The notes below the pieces were generated by a model. It did no database searches. It had not been told where the DNA came from and saw only the letters and a list, made by a program, of their open reading frames with translations. Below, piece by piece: positions 51,953 through 64,000 of a DNA stretch of 64,000 bases. Location: assembly GCA_030704615.1 (NCBI GenBank), contig CM060731.1:92132001-92196000 (forward strand). The letters are read 5' to 3'. The position numbers and the translations under genes are program-made. Source of the stretch: Takakia lepidozioides (lineage: Eukaryota; Plantae; Bryophyta). Positions within the stretch are counted from its first letter, which is position 1. The number at the start of each line of letters is the position of its first letter.

Positions 51953-54900
51953 ATGCCGCATTTTGAAGATGCAGCAAGAGTAGCAATGGGAGTAGGAGTT
52001 GTTCTAAGAGAATCTGTGGGAAGGAGTCCTAGACTACTTGTTGAAGACATAGGAGCTTCTACTTGGCAGATCCTGAAGAGCTTAGGGGGCATTGTGACAG
52101 ACAGAGCCGGGCTAAGCAAACAAGACCATCCTAGCCCTGTATCGCAGGCTCATCACGTGAAAGGAGGGAGTCTCTGCCTGGGCAAGGGAGCACTTAGCGC
52201 GTGCCCCATTTCCGGAAGCCTCTACCAGTGGATCCTATCTATATAGATCACTCGATAGTTTGACTTCATTTGGCAACCGTGATTCTTCAATCTCAGACAG
52301 TAGAGGATTCGTATCACGGGTTGGAGAGAAGGTGCAGGATGTGGAAAGTCCCGTGCCAAAACCCTTGCAGATGTTTGAACCCGCAAACACTGACGCATCG
52401 GGAGACAGGTTTCGTGTTGCCACTTCAATGTCGGGGAGGGATTCATTGTTGGGAAGAGTTTCTCAAGCAGAAACAACGGCAGATGCTCATCAACTGCGTA
52501 GAAATGCAGACAGGGATGCAGGTCAGAGATTGCACCGGGAGGCAGGGCAGGATTTTTCCAGCCCATCTGCTCAGCCTGTGGATCCCATCGAAGGAGCAGG
52601 TGCCTACTACTTTCCTGGAACACCTGTTATTTGTTTGAAGTTCAACTTGATTCCCTCCTCTGGTTGTCTTGCTGGGTTTCATGTGCATATTGAGTCACAA
52701 TGATTTTGAGAATTGGATGATGGGTTGGAGTAGGCTCTGGCGGTGTGCCTGGAGACTTGGCAAGAATGGCCAGTACTGGTGTGAAGAAGCGCAAGGCCAG
52801 AGAAAGAAGTATTCCTTCAACTCCACTTTGCCGCGTCATGGGGTGCCTCACTCTCCTTTTGTGTAGTTCAACTTTGTCCCATGAGCCCTTGCAATATCCT
52901 TTTTTCTCTCCCTATTTCGAAAGCACTCATTCTTCTGCATGGAAGTCCTCTTGTTCCTTTCTTACTCAAGGTCTCGACAAATTGTTTTGAGCTATTCAAT
53001 CCCTCTAGAAGGCCGAAAAAGGGCTGACGACATCTATGATTGATCAAAAGAGTAGGAGCTGTGATTTATCACTGTCCTTTTTGAAAGGTATCTTACAGTG
53101 CTCCATGATGGCAGGTTTGCAGGGTTGGGAGCTGGGCTTGCATGGGGTACATTCCAAGAATCTGCAAGAAGGCTATGGGAAGGCCAGGGCTTGGCACAGC
53201 CAGGCCAGTCTGCACTGTCCCCTTTCCTAACTGAAGCAAATGCAGAGCGTCTGGCCGTTTCTCTTTGTCGGATGCGGGGAGCTGCCCTCAAGGTGGGGCA
53301 AATGCTCAGCATTCAGGATGAGTCCCTCGTGCCGCTCCCTGTAAGATACCTGTCACAAAAGACTTGACAATGATTCCAGAGTGAACTGGCAAAGAGATTC
53401 TCATGGTTGTCTTTACATGTCACAGGTGCTTCAAGCTCTGGAGAGGGTAAGACAAGGGGCAGATGTAATGCCAAAGCGCCAGTTGATGAAAATGATATCA
53501 ACAGAGCTAGGCCCTGATTGGCGCGAACAATTGCAATCTTTTGATGATGCACCAATGGCAGCAGCCAGCGTAGGCCAGGTATGTATGTTACTTGTCATTT
53601 CCTTTCAGTAGTCAGGGAAATAGCTTTTTTGGGGTTATCAAATTACCCCGGCTGTTGAGGATCTGAGGGGAATCTGCATGCCTTGAGCAGCCTTTGGTGG
53701 TTTGAGTCTCCCTGCTGTCTAATGCCCACACAGACATCATTCGTCCTTCATTATTATGCGGGCTTGCTAGGGCTGGATGAAAAGATTCCTCTCCACAAAG
53801 TACACCTTATGGTATGATATTTCATAGAAAATTTGAAACGATCTGGTATAATACAGGTACACAGGGCTGTGACAAAGGAGGGCAAGGAGGTGGCGATGAA
53901 GGTGCAGTATCCAGGTGTAGCCAACAGTGTTGACAGTGACATTGAGAATGTGAAGTGCCTGCTGGACTACACCAACTTAATCCCTGAGGGGCTTTACCTC
54001 GACCACGCGATGCGGGTTAGACACAAGGATCAGCCCATCCCCCTCACTATTTATTCTGTTGGTTCCTGCTAGTTATCAGCACTATACAACTTCTGGCATC
54101 CTAGAGACAAGCTTGTAGTTTCTTGATGTTGAAGTTCATTTCTCTGAGAATAACAGAGAGAAAATGGAGGTCTTCATTAAATTTTTCTTCCTGTAGCGTT
54201 GAATAGAATAGACCCCATGGCTGCTTTGTAAAGAAAGTGGGGAGATGGGGGAAGGGACATAGGAGGATAGTCTGGAGTCTGGAGGCTGCTACAATCATGG
54301 AAGGCTTGCTCCTGGAATAGCACCTACTGTTGTATATGAAGTGGATCTGGCATTTCAGATACAGTCCAGAGAGAGCCTGTTTGAATCTATGTGAAAGAAA
54401 AGAATTTAGATAAAGTAAATATGCTACATCCCTGGGAGGCCAGACGGGCCCAAGGGACACATGTAGAACAACACAATGGAACCACAGAGACAAACTGAGG
54501 GAGAGGGAGAGAGAAAGAGAGAAGGCTAAAGAAGAGCTAGCAATGGAGTGTGACTATGAGCTGGAGGCAGCCAACCAGAGAAGGTTTCGGGAGTTGCCGG
54601 TCAGTGAGAAGGGGCTGTATGTGCCAATTGTGTTTGATGAGCTCTGTAGCAAACGTGTTCTAACCACGGAACTTGTTCCCGGTAACCTTCCATCTCTGTT
54701 TTTCCTTGGGCAACTGTTTTCTCTTGCTTTTGTGCGTTTCTCACCCACTGTTTCCTACCCCTTACCACTTCAAGAATCATGGCAATCCAAGGTATATGCA
54801 GTTTGTTATACTCTGCAATATCCACAAGGGGGTTAGCCATGAGAGCAGGATGTGAAACCTGGTGGGAAAATGGTCTAACAAAGGATTAGACAAATGATTC

Positions 54901-55339
54901 TGCAACATACCAATGTGCTGCTCAGTTTTACTAATATCTGCTGGGTTTAATGGATGACAGGGGTCTCTATAGACAGAGTGGCCCAGTTGGATCAGCAAGT
55001 TTGCAACCATGTGGGTACACAGCTGCTTGCTCTCACCCTGAAAGAGCTGTTCACCTTCCGATTCATGCAGGCAAGTTTGGTTTGACATAAATGTGCCTTT
55101 TTAAAAGGGTTCTTCGACCATTTGCAGAACGGATTCCTTTGAAAAAATTTCAAGTTATTAGCTTGTGTTGTATTATTTGGGCTTGTTGCCATACTGACAA
55201 ACATTTTGTGTAATATGAACAGACGGATCCAAACTGGGGAAATTTTTTGTATGATAAAACCACAGATGCCATCAACCTCATTGACTTTGGAGCTGCTCAT
55301 AAATATCCAAAAGACTTTGTGGATAATTACATGAAAATG
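51953..55339 (+). pseudogene. COQ8: Mitochondrial ABC1/COQ8 (UbiB-family) atypical kinase, 3'-truncated or disrupted
   Basis: [84 protein letters not shown]-terminal exons not found before the LINE; frame break near 52246. Confidence 0.82.
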
Positions 55340-56007
55340 GTGCTCAGCTTACCACTGTCTTACTTTGATATCATTTTGCACTATTTTTTCTAGCGTCTTC
55401 TCTTTTCCTTCTTTTTCTCAGAGGGCCAAATACAGGTCACACTTCCTAGACTCCATAGTGGCTTTAAAACTGTTGGCCAGCCCTAAAAGGCTAAATATGT
55501 TGTAGTGGGCTGTGCTATGCCGTTTTGTGGAGAGCAGTCTATAGAAAAGCATTGTCCTTCCTCTCTCTCCCTCTCTTTCCCGTAACAGAGAGACTTGCAT
55601 AGGGGTACTTTGAAGGTTGCAATGCCCAAAAATGCTTCTAATAGAGTCTCACATCAACTCAATCTCAAAGAAGTTCGACCCTTGACTGGCTGGAGAGCAG
55701 TTTTAGATATTGGTGATTCAATGGGGCGCTCTAGGAAGACAACCAAGGGCAGGGACTTCAACTTGAGAGTTTCTAAATGGATTGATGCTCTGGACGAGGT
55801 TGAATCCAAGCAGCCTGACGGACAATCTGTCCATAAGTGTACGGAACCTGAACGTCGTGTATTAAGCAGTCAGACGGACAATCTGTCCCTAAGTGTGCGG
55901 AGTCTGAACGTCGTGTAACTAAAGGATTTGGTACTCTGAATGGTTTACCAATCCTCAAAGTTTACACAAGACGAGCAAAATCTCTACACGGGGTAACTGT
56001 CCCCCCT

Positions 56008-58955
56008 TTGCAGAACGGTTGGCTGTCCAGGAGCAATCTTAAGCTACCTAGACGACAAACAATTCACATGCAAAGGGCTGGCTTGCAGCTGGGCACTTTC
56101 AACTTCTCAGGGCTGACTAACCAAAGGAAACAACTGGAAGTGGGACAAGTTCTTCGGGCTAATGATATTCACATCTGTGCTGGGCAAGAGACATGAGATA
56201 AACTGGTTGGAGATGTCAATGGTTATAAATGGGCAGGTAAGATGTGTACTCTCAAGGCAGCCTCTGCCAAACGCGGTCAAAAAGGGGTTGGATTCTTTGT
56301 CCGTGATTTCTTGTTTGACAATTGTGAGATTATCAACAAGGGTTTGAGGTATGAGCATAGTATCTGGCTAAAACTGAAACTGAAGGGCGGCGTGAGTACG
56401 AAGGACCTCTTTGTGGGCTGTGTTTACATGCCCACAGAAGGGACCCTCAGTGCTGACGCAGATAAAGCCTTCGAAGATGTAAAGCTAGACTGTGCTTCGT
56501 TCCTTGCCAAAGGTCAGGTGATTTTATTGGGTGACTTCAATGCCCGGGTGGGTAAAGGTCTCCATCAGGATGATATCATTGGGCCTTTTGGTGAGGACGA
56601 GCTGAACTCTAATGGCAGACGGTTAATGAACTGTCTGGAAGAGCTTCAGCCTTTGACCTTGAATAATAGGGCAAAAGGTGACCAAGTGCAGTGGACTCGT
56701 GAGAAAACCCAAGCTGGGGAATGTTCCATTGTGGATTATATCATAATGGACAAATATTTGTTTCCCCAGAGTGCCAATGTGTTGATCGACAGAACTGATA
56801 TTGGTACCTCTGACCACTTCCTGGTTTGGACTGAGATCAAAAGGTGTTTTCCCAATACCAAGAGATCTGTGAAACATTCGATTCGGAAGTGGCGCATCAA
56901 AAAATTCCATAATGAAGAGGTCAAGGCTGAGTATGTCCAGGCCTTGCAAGAGGCTCTCCCTCATTTTGTCCACTCGCTCCAAGACCTTCAGTCTCGCGCT
57001 GACAATGCAAACAAGAAATGAAGTCGAAAGAGCAGTGGATTTTTGGGAGAGTTTCGTCTCCTCTGTGGCTGACAAGATCATTGGGAGGAACTTATTGTCT
57101 GCGGTAGAGCTGTTAATTGGTGGACCAATGAGATTAAACTCAAGATAGCTGAGGGACGAGTCCTTTATAAAGAGTGCTGCAATTTGAAAACCAACAAAAT
57201 ATTGTGGGCGAGGTACCACCAGCTCCGTAAAGATATCAATCAGCTTGTAAGGGCTCAGAAGAAATTACACTGGGACAAGTTATACAGTGAAATAAATTCA
57301 AACCACCATGGTGGTAATGACAAGAGATTCTGGTTGGCCCTTCAACGATTGTACAAGCCGAAAAGCTGTCACATTGTCAATCTATATAAGAAGGGTGACA
57401 GAGAAGACCCGGGGAACTATCGGGGCATCCCGCTTCTCAATGCTGTTGGCAAGATATTTTGCAGAGTTATAAGTACTCGTCTCGAGGTTGATCTGGAATC
57501 TAGAGGTTGTTTTCACGGAGGCCAAGCTGGCTTCCGGCGAAACAGGGGCTGTGTGGATCATATCTTCACTCTAAGCCAAATTATCCAGGAAAGGAAAAAA
57601 GAAGGGAAACCCACTTATGTTTTTTTCTTGGATGTCAAAAAGGCTTATGCCACAGTGTGGAGAGATGGCCTATGCTCCGCCTCTGGTCTTGCGGGATCAA
57701 GGGAAAAATGTGGAGAGTTGTCCATAACTTGTATGCTCACAACAAAAGCTGTGTCACTGTTAATGGACAGAAGTCTAACTTCTTTGACACAGACCAAGGT
57801 GTAGCTCAAGGATGTACCCTCTCCCCTCTGTCGCCAGTGAAAGGGGATCATTTCAGTCTTCCAGATAAGGTTAAAGAGGAGAACTAGGGCCTCTATCATG
57901 GGATCGCCACAGTGCTTGATAAGCTCGTTGACTATGCCATCAGGACCACCTACTTTATATCCATTTAGATGTTCAATTGCTTCCACAATCTCAGAAGAAC
58001 TAATGGGAGCGTTGTAGGCCTTTGAAATATACTCCAGTTCATCAGGGCTGTTTTGAATCATAGGAACAGTTTTACCAACTGTGTCCTTCCATTCATCAGA
58101 GGACCCCTCACTGTTTAGACCTAGAAGTTCTGCCAAGGATACTGTAGTAGGTTTCAAAGGTTTTGACAATGTCAACCAATGAAGTTACCACTGCACCCTT
58201 AGTAGTCGGCGTTGAGTTTTCCTCCAACTGTAACTGGGATGCACATATCCAGAAAGTTGTTCAAACTGGCAAGGGCAAAGCGCTGAGTCTCACTAAATTT
58301 TTCCACTGCAGAGGGATTAACTCTGAGGTCAAGAAAACCTTGCTTTGCCGCGTTATTAGACCTGCCTTGGAGTACGGATCTGCTATATGGGTTGATAACT
58401 CCAACCAGGCTAAGTCTCTAGAATCCATTCAAGTGGGGGTGCTTAAGGAGTGCATGTCAGCATGCTCCAAAACAGCCAATGTGGCTGTTCGGGGTGAGTT
58501 TGGCCTCCCTTCCTTAAGCTCCCGACGAGATGAATTCAAGGTGGGTGGGGTCAGTTGCAACACATGTCCAACACCAGATATCCTAAGTTAATCGACTCTA
58601 TATCTTGGAAACAGGACCGCCCTGTCAAACAGGCTAAGTCCTGGCAGAAGAGAGTAGAAGAGTCAAGGATCTGAATCTGGACCCGCAAGTCTTGACCTTG
58701 ATCAAGCATCAGGTGGAAGTTAGTTTTTGGGTTGTGGAGGCCGAGTTGTGCTTCATTGGAAGGGGTTTCTACATCTCCCATGCGGTGAATCATCTCCAAA
58801 ACTTTTGATGAACCTGCTTTCAACCACTAGGAGTCTCCTGTTTTGGGTTGTGGAGGCCGAGTTGTGCTCATTGGAAGGGGTTTCTACATCTTCCAGGCAG
58901 CGAATCATCTCCAAAAGTTGTGATGAACCTGCCTTCAACCACTAGGAGTCTCCTG
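56008..58955 (+). mobile_element. Non-LTR retrotransposon (LINE): APE endonuclease + RT, degenerate, internally rearranged
   Basis: GTFNFSG...GQET, ILLGDFNARVG, IVDYII, SDHFLV; KKGDREDPGNYRGI, QAGFR, FFLDVKKAY, GVAQGCTLSP; segment 57830-58180 is inverted; ~119-bp duplication at 58722-58955. Confidence 0.9.
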
Positions 58956-60529
58956 AGTGTTACTACCAGGACGAAATTAGCCATGCGATGAACTTTGATA
59001 TGCAGAGTTGTGGGCAGGAAACGTTATGAAATGCAATCTGGGGATTTTTCCTAATGAGTTTCACCAAACTTAAGGTGACTGCTAGAGAGCAACGCCAGCT
59101 GAATGAAGAAATGCAAACTTTTGAACTTCTAAAGAAAGATAAGAGTGCATGATCGTCGAGATTTTGACTGCTGCAACAAGACCAAGTCAAGCAAAGAGAG
59201 CCCCACTCCAAGAGCTGGTCAAAAGGCCACAGATGTGAGTTGTGAGAGTCTGGTAACCACTTGGGTTCGGCACTCAACCCGGGTTAAAGTGTGGGGTGCC
59301 AAGTTGTGATTCTTGCAAGTAATCAGAGTTTTAATATTATAGTGGCCCGTTTGCACCTGGGTGAAAAACGTCCATTTTGCACCACCCACACGTGCCAAGT
59401 TAATGAAAGAGTTCAAAGGGTGCATGAGCAATTGCTGGTGGCCCGTTTGCACCTAGTTCAATTAATGAAGTCACCCGACCATTCACAGGTTGTCCCCCTT
59501 CTGGCCCACCTACCGTGAGATATTCCTTCGCCTGTTTCCAGGAATATCTCGGGAAATGACTATGTTTACATCCACTTCTGGAGGGCCGCACACATGCATG
59601 GCCCGCATGCATGACATGCACTGCACGACATGCACTGCATTCATAGTATGCTACCACATGTATGTGATGACAATGTATGTAGAGATGGTCCATACTATGA
59701 CAATGGTCTATCTCCTTTTATGGCATCATCTGCATGAGAGATGATATGATGGTATTGATCTACCATACACTATTTGGTGAATATCTCTTTCTCTCGCTAT
59801 TTATCAATTTGAAGTTCTTCTTTCCATCATATTTTAGCCATGTATTAATTATTTAATATAAAAATGTTATTGATACTTAAAATCATTCTAGTGCTTTCAA
59901 AACATTAATTGTCGTCCTAAAAATATTTGATATATATATGGATGAATAAAATGGTCATGCTTACTATTTAATTGAATATAATAGAGAATGATGATAAGAA
60001 ATGTCCTTCAAGGATTGAATGTTTTCCCTATAAATCTATCTCTATTGAGCAATGTTTTGAGTGGCTCAAAACATTGTTTTTGGTGAATACATGAAATAGA
60101 TACTATTGGTAGTTTTAGTAGCCTGTGTATTAGTATAGAAGGGCGGCTACTCATGAATCTTCCTCACACCTTTTATAGGTTCCCAATCCGCTTTGTACAA
60201 ATATAGCCACCATTCTCTATACCTAGGATATAATGTAAATTATTAAATACCAAAAAAACTTGAAAATATTTCAGAAGCATAATTTGCTAGAAAAAGTAGA
60301 AAATGTATTTCTCAAGAGGTTTTAGTAATTTTTAGCTACTCAAAATAGGCATAACAGGGCTGTGGCCTGTTGGTAAGCCAATTGTGTAGTGACCAGCGGT
60401 TCAAAGCCTTATTAGTCTCACTGCCTTCGGGCTAAGCTCTGCCCCTGTTATGCCTCCACAGCTTCCTCGGAAACCAAAAACCAAAAAAAATGTTTTTTAA
60501 TGGGCAACTGTTATAAAACTACTATATGA

Positions 60530-62345
60530 TAGATTTACTGGAAAGAGTTAAAAAAAACATTTACTGGAAAGATTGTTAGTCCTCAAAGGACATCTGTTAT
60601 TGTCATTTCACAATACCATGGGCCTTTCAAGTACTTAAATAGTACATATATGATTGAAATTAAAGTAAATTCCAAAATGACCTAAAAATATTTGGGAGGC
60701 TTAATTTTCTTAAAAAAAAAACATTTACTGGAAAGATTGTTAGTCCTCAAAGGACATCTCTTCTTGTCATTTCACAATACCATGGGCCTTTAAAAAATAG
60801 TATATATAGGATTGAGATTAAAATATTTTTTGAAATTCCAAAATATCCAAAATATATTTGGAAGGCTTAATTTTCTTTTTAAGAAAAACATTTACTGGAA
60901 AGATTCTTAGTCCTCAAAGGACATCTCTTATTGTCATTTCTCAATACCATGGGCCTTTCAAGTACTTAAATAGTATATATATATGATTGAAATTAAAATG
61001 TTTAAAAAGACATTTACTGGAAAGATTGTTAGTCCTTAAAAGACAAATCTTATTGTCATTTCACAATACCACGGGCCTTTCAGGTACTTAAGTTGTATAT
61101 ATGTGATTGAAATTAAAATATTATTTTGAAATTCCAAAATGACCTAAAAATATTTGGGAGGCTTAATTTTTTTTTAAAAAACATTTACTGGAAAGATTGT
61201 GAGTCCTTAAAGGACATCTCTTATTGTCATTTCACAATATCATGGAAATGGTATATATATGATTGAAAATTGATATATTTCTGAAATTTCAAAATGACCT
61301 AAAAATATTTGGAAGACTTATTTTTATTAAAAAAAAACATTTACTGGAAAGATTGTTAGTCCTTAACCCTTAATTTCCCAAGCGACCTGAATCGGGTCGC
61401 TCTGAATTTCCACTTCCACCTAATTTGAGCAGATCTCCCCTGATGTGGCCCACTCCTGAAGCTTTTATGACAAAGGACTTGTCTTGAATATGATGCAAAA
61501 AGAAAAATTAAGAAAAAATAAAAGCTACCACCTACAGAAAATATCTAAGGTAAGTATGTCAGATTTTGGCCTTGTAAAGGGCTTGTTGACTGCTGATGTG
61601 GCGGCAGGCCCCAATTGTAAAATCAATAAATTTAGTAAAAATTATAAAAATTATAAAAACCACTTCACCTTGTGGTGTGTGAGCATTACATACACACACC
61701 CACCGCTAGGTTTTAGAAATTTTGTAGAAAAAGAAGTACTTCATTTGGAGGCACATTTTTCCTTGTCAATTTTTAGATTTTAATCCCTACGTAATTACAT
61801 ACAAAGCAACCATAGGTGAAAAAAATCTGTTGGACCTGCAATTTAGAGGGGTTGTAGCCATTCCACTGTGGATTTGGAAATGGTGGGTCTTGGGGCAAGC
61901 AAAATTGGATAAAGCCAGGTATTGCTTTGGTCAAACCTATTTTTTTTTCCCACTGCTCCTTTGAGACCTGAAATTTGAGGTTCGGGACAATGTTTATCTC
62001 ACAATTCCCAACGTGGAATTGGCTCATTTTTTGATATGTTGTGCATAAATGAGCTGGGTCCACTTCTATATGGCGAGAATCTATGGATGATTTTTGGTAG
62101 GTTTCTGCGGGCAATTTACTGTAGCTGGGTACCCAAAATTGTTAAAAACTCCAAAAAAGGCTTGGGAAGTTAAGGGTTAAAGGATATCTCTTATTGTCAT
62201 TTCACAATACCATGGGCCTTTCAAGACTTAAATATTATATATATGATTGAAACTAAAATGTTTTTGAAATTCCAAAATGACCTAAAAATATTGGGGAGGC
62301 TTAATTTTCTTAAAAAAATATATATTTACTGGATTTCACAATACT
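60530..62345. repeat. AT-rich tandem repeat, unit ~125-170 bp, about 6 copies
   Basis: Recurring AAAACATTTACTGGAAAGATTGTTAGTCCT(C/T)AAAGGACATCTCTTATTGTCATTTCACAATACCATGGGCC. Confidence 0.9.
61367..62176. mobile_element. piggyBac-like MITE (810 bp) with TTAA TSD, inserted in the satellite
   Basis: TTAA|CCCTTAATTTCCCAAGC ... GCTTGGGAAGTTAAGGG|TTAA (16/17 TIR match); removing it restores the satellite unit GTCCTTAAAGGA. Confidence 0.85.
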
Positions 62346-62346
62346 A

Positions 62347-62820
62347 CTAGGGTAGCCTGTGCCGTTGGCCCAAGTGTGCAGTGTCATCTAAGTCCAAGTG
62401 CAATACCATATGTATCCAAGTGCGTCTCCTATGTCGAGGCCCACGTGTGAAGAATTGAAATCTAAGATCAAGTGCAATTTCCAAGTGTGTCTCCTATGTG
62501 GAGGCCGATCTAAGCCCCAGTGCAATCTTCTATTCATGTATCCAAGTACGGAGACCTTTTCCTTGATATCTCTCCTGTCGAGCCTCCAACCATTGTCCCA
62601 GGAGAGCCCACTTTGCTATTTTTCCCAAATTTCCAGCGACCCAAAGTACTTGAAATTCCACATCTCCCACACCGCAACCAAAAATCATGAGACCAAGTCG
62701 GTGCACCCCTCTTCATCGAGGGCTTTCCAACGGTACCAAGCACTCAGGGTGGGGCCCCGCAGTTTGGGACATCCCAAATCTACAAAACAAAACAAACGTC
62801 TCGATTCATATATTGATGCT
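62347..62820 (-). mobile_element. Second copy of the Helitron-like repeat
   Basis: Reverse complement of 45300-45739; CTAG terminus at 62347-62350. Confidence 0.55.
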
Positions 62821-63214
62821 TTCAAGTACTTAAATAGTATATATTTGATTGAAATTAAAAAAAAATGAAATTCCAAAATGACCTTAAAATATTTGGAAGG
62901 TCTAATAAATTGCCTCTCATTTTAGATTAATTGGGTCTTTAACGCCTTACGTGTGAGCTAGGCAGCAAGCCCCAAGCACGGATGTGGGGTCGCTTCCCCC
63001 CTCCCCCGACCGGCAAGTCGTGCAACACGGCCCCAACGCGGTCGCGGCCGCGCAATCCCCCGCCCGCGGCCGTCGGCGCCCCACCCACGGCACAGTCCCC
63101 TCGTGGCTGCCGCAGGGCCCGTGTCCACCCTGATCTTTACTAGAAGAATGAAACCCACTCTGGATACATGGGCTCACAAGTGCTAGTCCAAACAGCTTGT
63201 ATTCCTTGGGAGAG

Positions 63215-63295
63215 TGTCGCGGCCCTTTACCTTGAGGGCGGGGGGTCGGAACACAAGAGGGGCTGCCCCTGTGGTGGGGGCAGTGGTAGCGAATA
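63215..63295 (+). repeat. First ~80 bp of the A/C-family LTR
   Basis: TGTCGCGGCCCTTTACCTTGAGGGCGGGGGGTCGG... matches 2574-2655 and begins exactly at the LTR start. Confidence 0.75.
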
Positions 63296-63720
63296 TGTCA
63301 AGTTAAATAAGCACAGTGTGAAAACAGCTAGAATAAAACTAGTTATTTGTATTTAACACTTGGATTTAGGTCAAGTGTTAAATCAGATGTCAAGTTTAGT
63401 TTGACACCTGGTCCGTCTTATCTTCACGAGAGCGGCAGTCGCGCGGCTCATCTTTCTCGAGTTGAGCCTGCGCGACCAAGCTCCTACATGCGGTTAGATT
63501 TGAGTGTGCTTATGTAGGGGTACAGGTTGTTGTGGGGTGGAGTCCCCATAGCTTGGGGTGCCCCTGGCTCGACTACTATTTCTAAGAGTGATGGTTTGGT
63601 TTTCATGTTTTGTGTAAACAGTGTGTTCGTCACTCGAGAGAGATGCGCCATCTAGTTTTCTAGTGCTAAGCTAGATATAATGTTTGTTTTAGCACTATTA
63701 TAATATACCTTGGTGTGACA
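63296..63720. repeat. Probable unrelated LTR (425 bp)
   Basis: TGTCA...TGACA termini; it interrupts the LTR fragment; no matching TSD. Confidence 0.4.
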
Positions 63721-63727
63721 CAGGTCT

Positions 63728-63967
63728 GTGAATGATTCAACTGAGTGTTTAACCATTCTGGAGCGGCAGAAAGCTATTAAGCTTGCGGCGGATACTTCAC
63801 TTGCAGTTACTGCTAGCGGATCTTGCTGGAGTCACGCGTTTAGTAGAGATCTTGCTCAGGCTACTGGAGATGAATGCAGCCTGATTGATTCATCAAGTAA
63901 CGACGGGTTAAAGGTTAGCTCTTTTTCGTGCCTAGATTCTTCTGCAGCGATCCTGTCATCGTCTTAG
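63728..63967 (+). pseudogene. IBH1-like atypical bHLH gene fragment
   Basis: ERQKAIKLAADTSLAVTASGSCWSHAFSR resembles the IBH1-family motif (IKxxADxxxAxxxxGxxxWSRA). Confidence 0.5.
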
Positions 63968-64000
63968 GGCTGCCGTGTGGAGTGGAGATGAAGGGCTTGC

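Overview
Eukaryotic, transposon-rich DNA, most likely from a non-seed land plant (bryophyte-like; inferred from spliceosomal introns, a PLS/DYW PPR relic, a TIFY-CCT-GATA gene and chromovirus-type Ty3/Gypsy elements). The first 41 kb is a nest of Ty3/Gypsy LTR retrotransposons. Two near-identical ~11.3-kb Mutator-like (MULE) DNA transposons (8023-19319 and 27486-38804) have inserted into them independently, each with a perfect 9-bp TSD. Each MULE carries two divergently transcribed genes: a GCM-like/DDE/SWIM transposase, and a 9-exon gene whose spliced product joins a ParB/Srx-like domain to a beta-class N6A/N4C DNA methyltransferase-like domain. Two introns of that second gene hold arrays of regularly spaced 22-bp palindromes (TGAATGTCGT-TG-ACGACATTCA). 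This transposase + ParB-MTase + palindrome-array module is the best candidate for an undescribed system, possibly a transposon-encoded self-recognition or epigenetic device; that role is inference. The rest of the window holds a ZML-type GATA gene, a truncated ABC1/COQ8 gene, a rearranged LINE, several MITEs (one piggyBac-like with a TTAA TSD), Helitron-like repeats, a ~160-bp satellite and an IBH1-like fragment. Many frameshifts are small indels that differ between the two MULE copies and may be assembly errors. Domain calls come from motif recognition by eye, not database searches.
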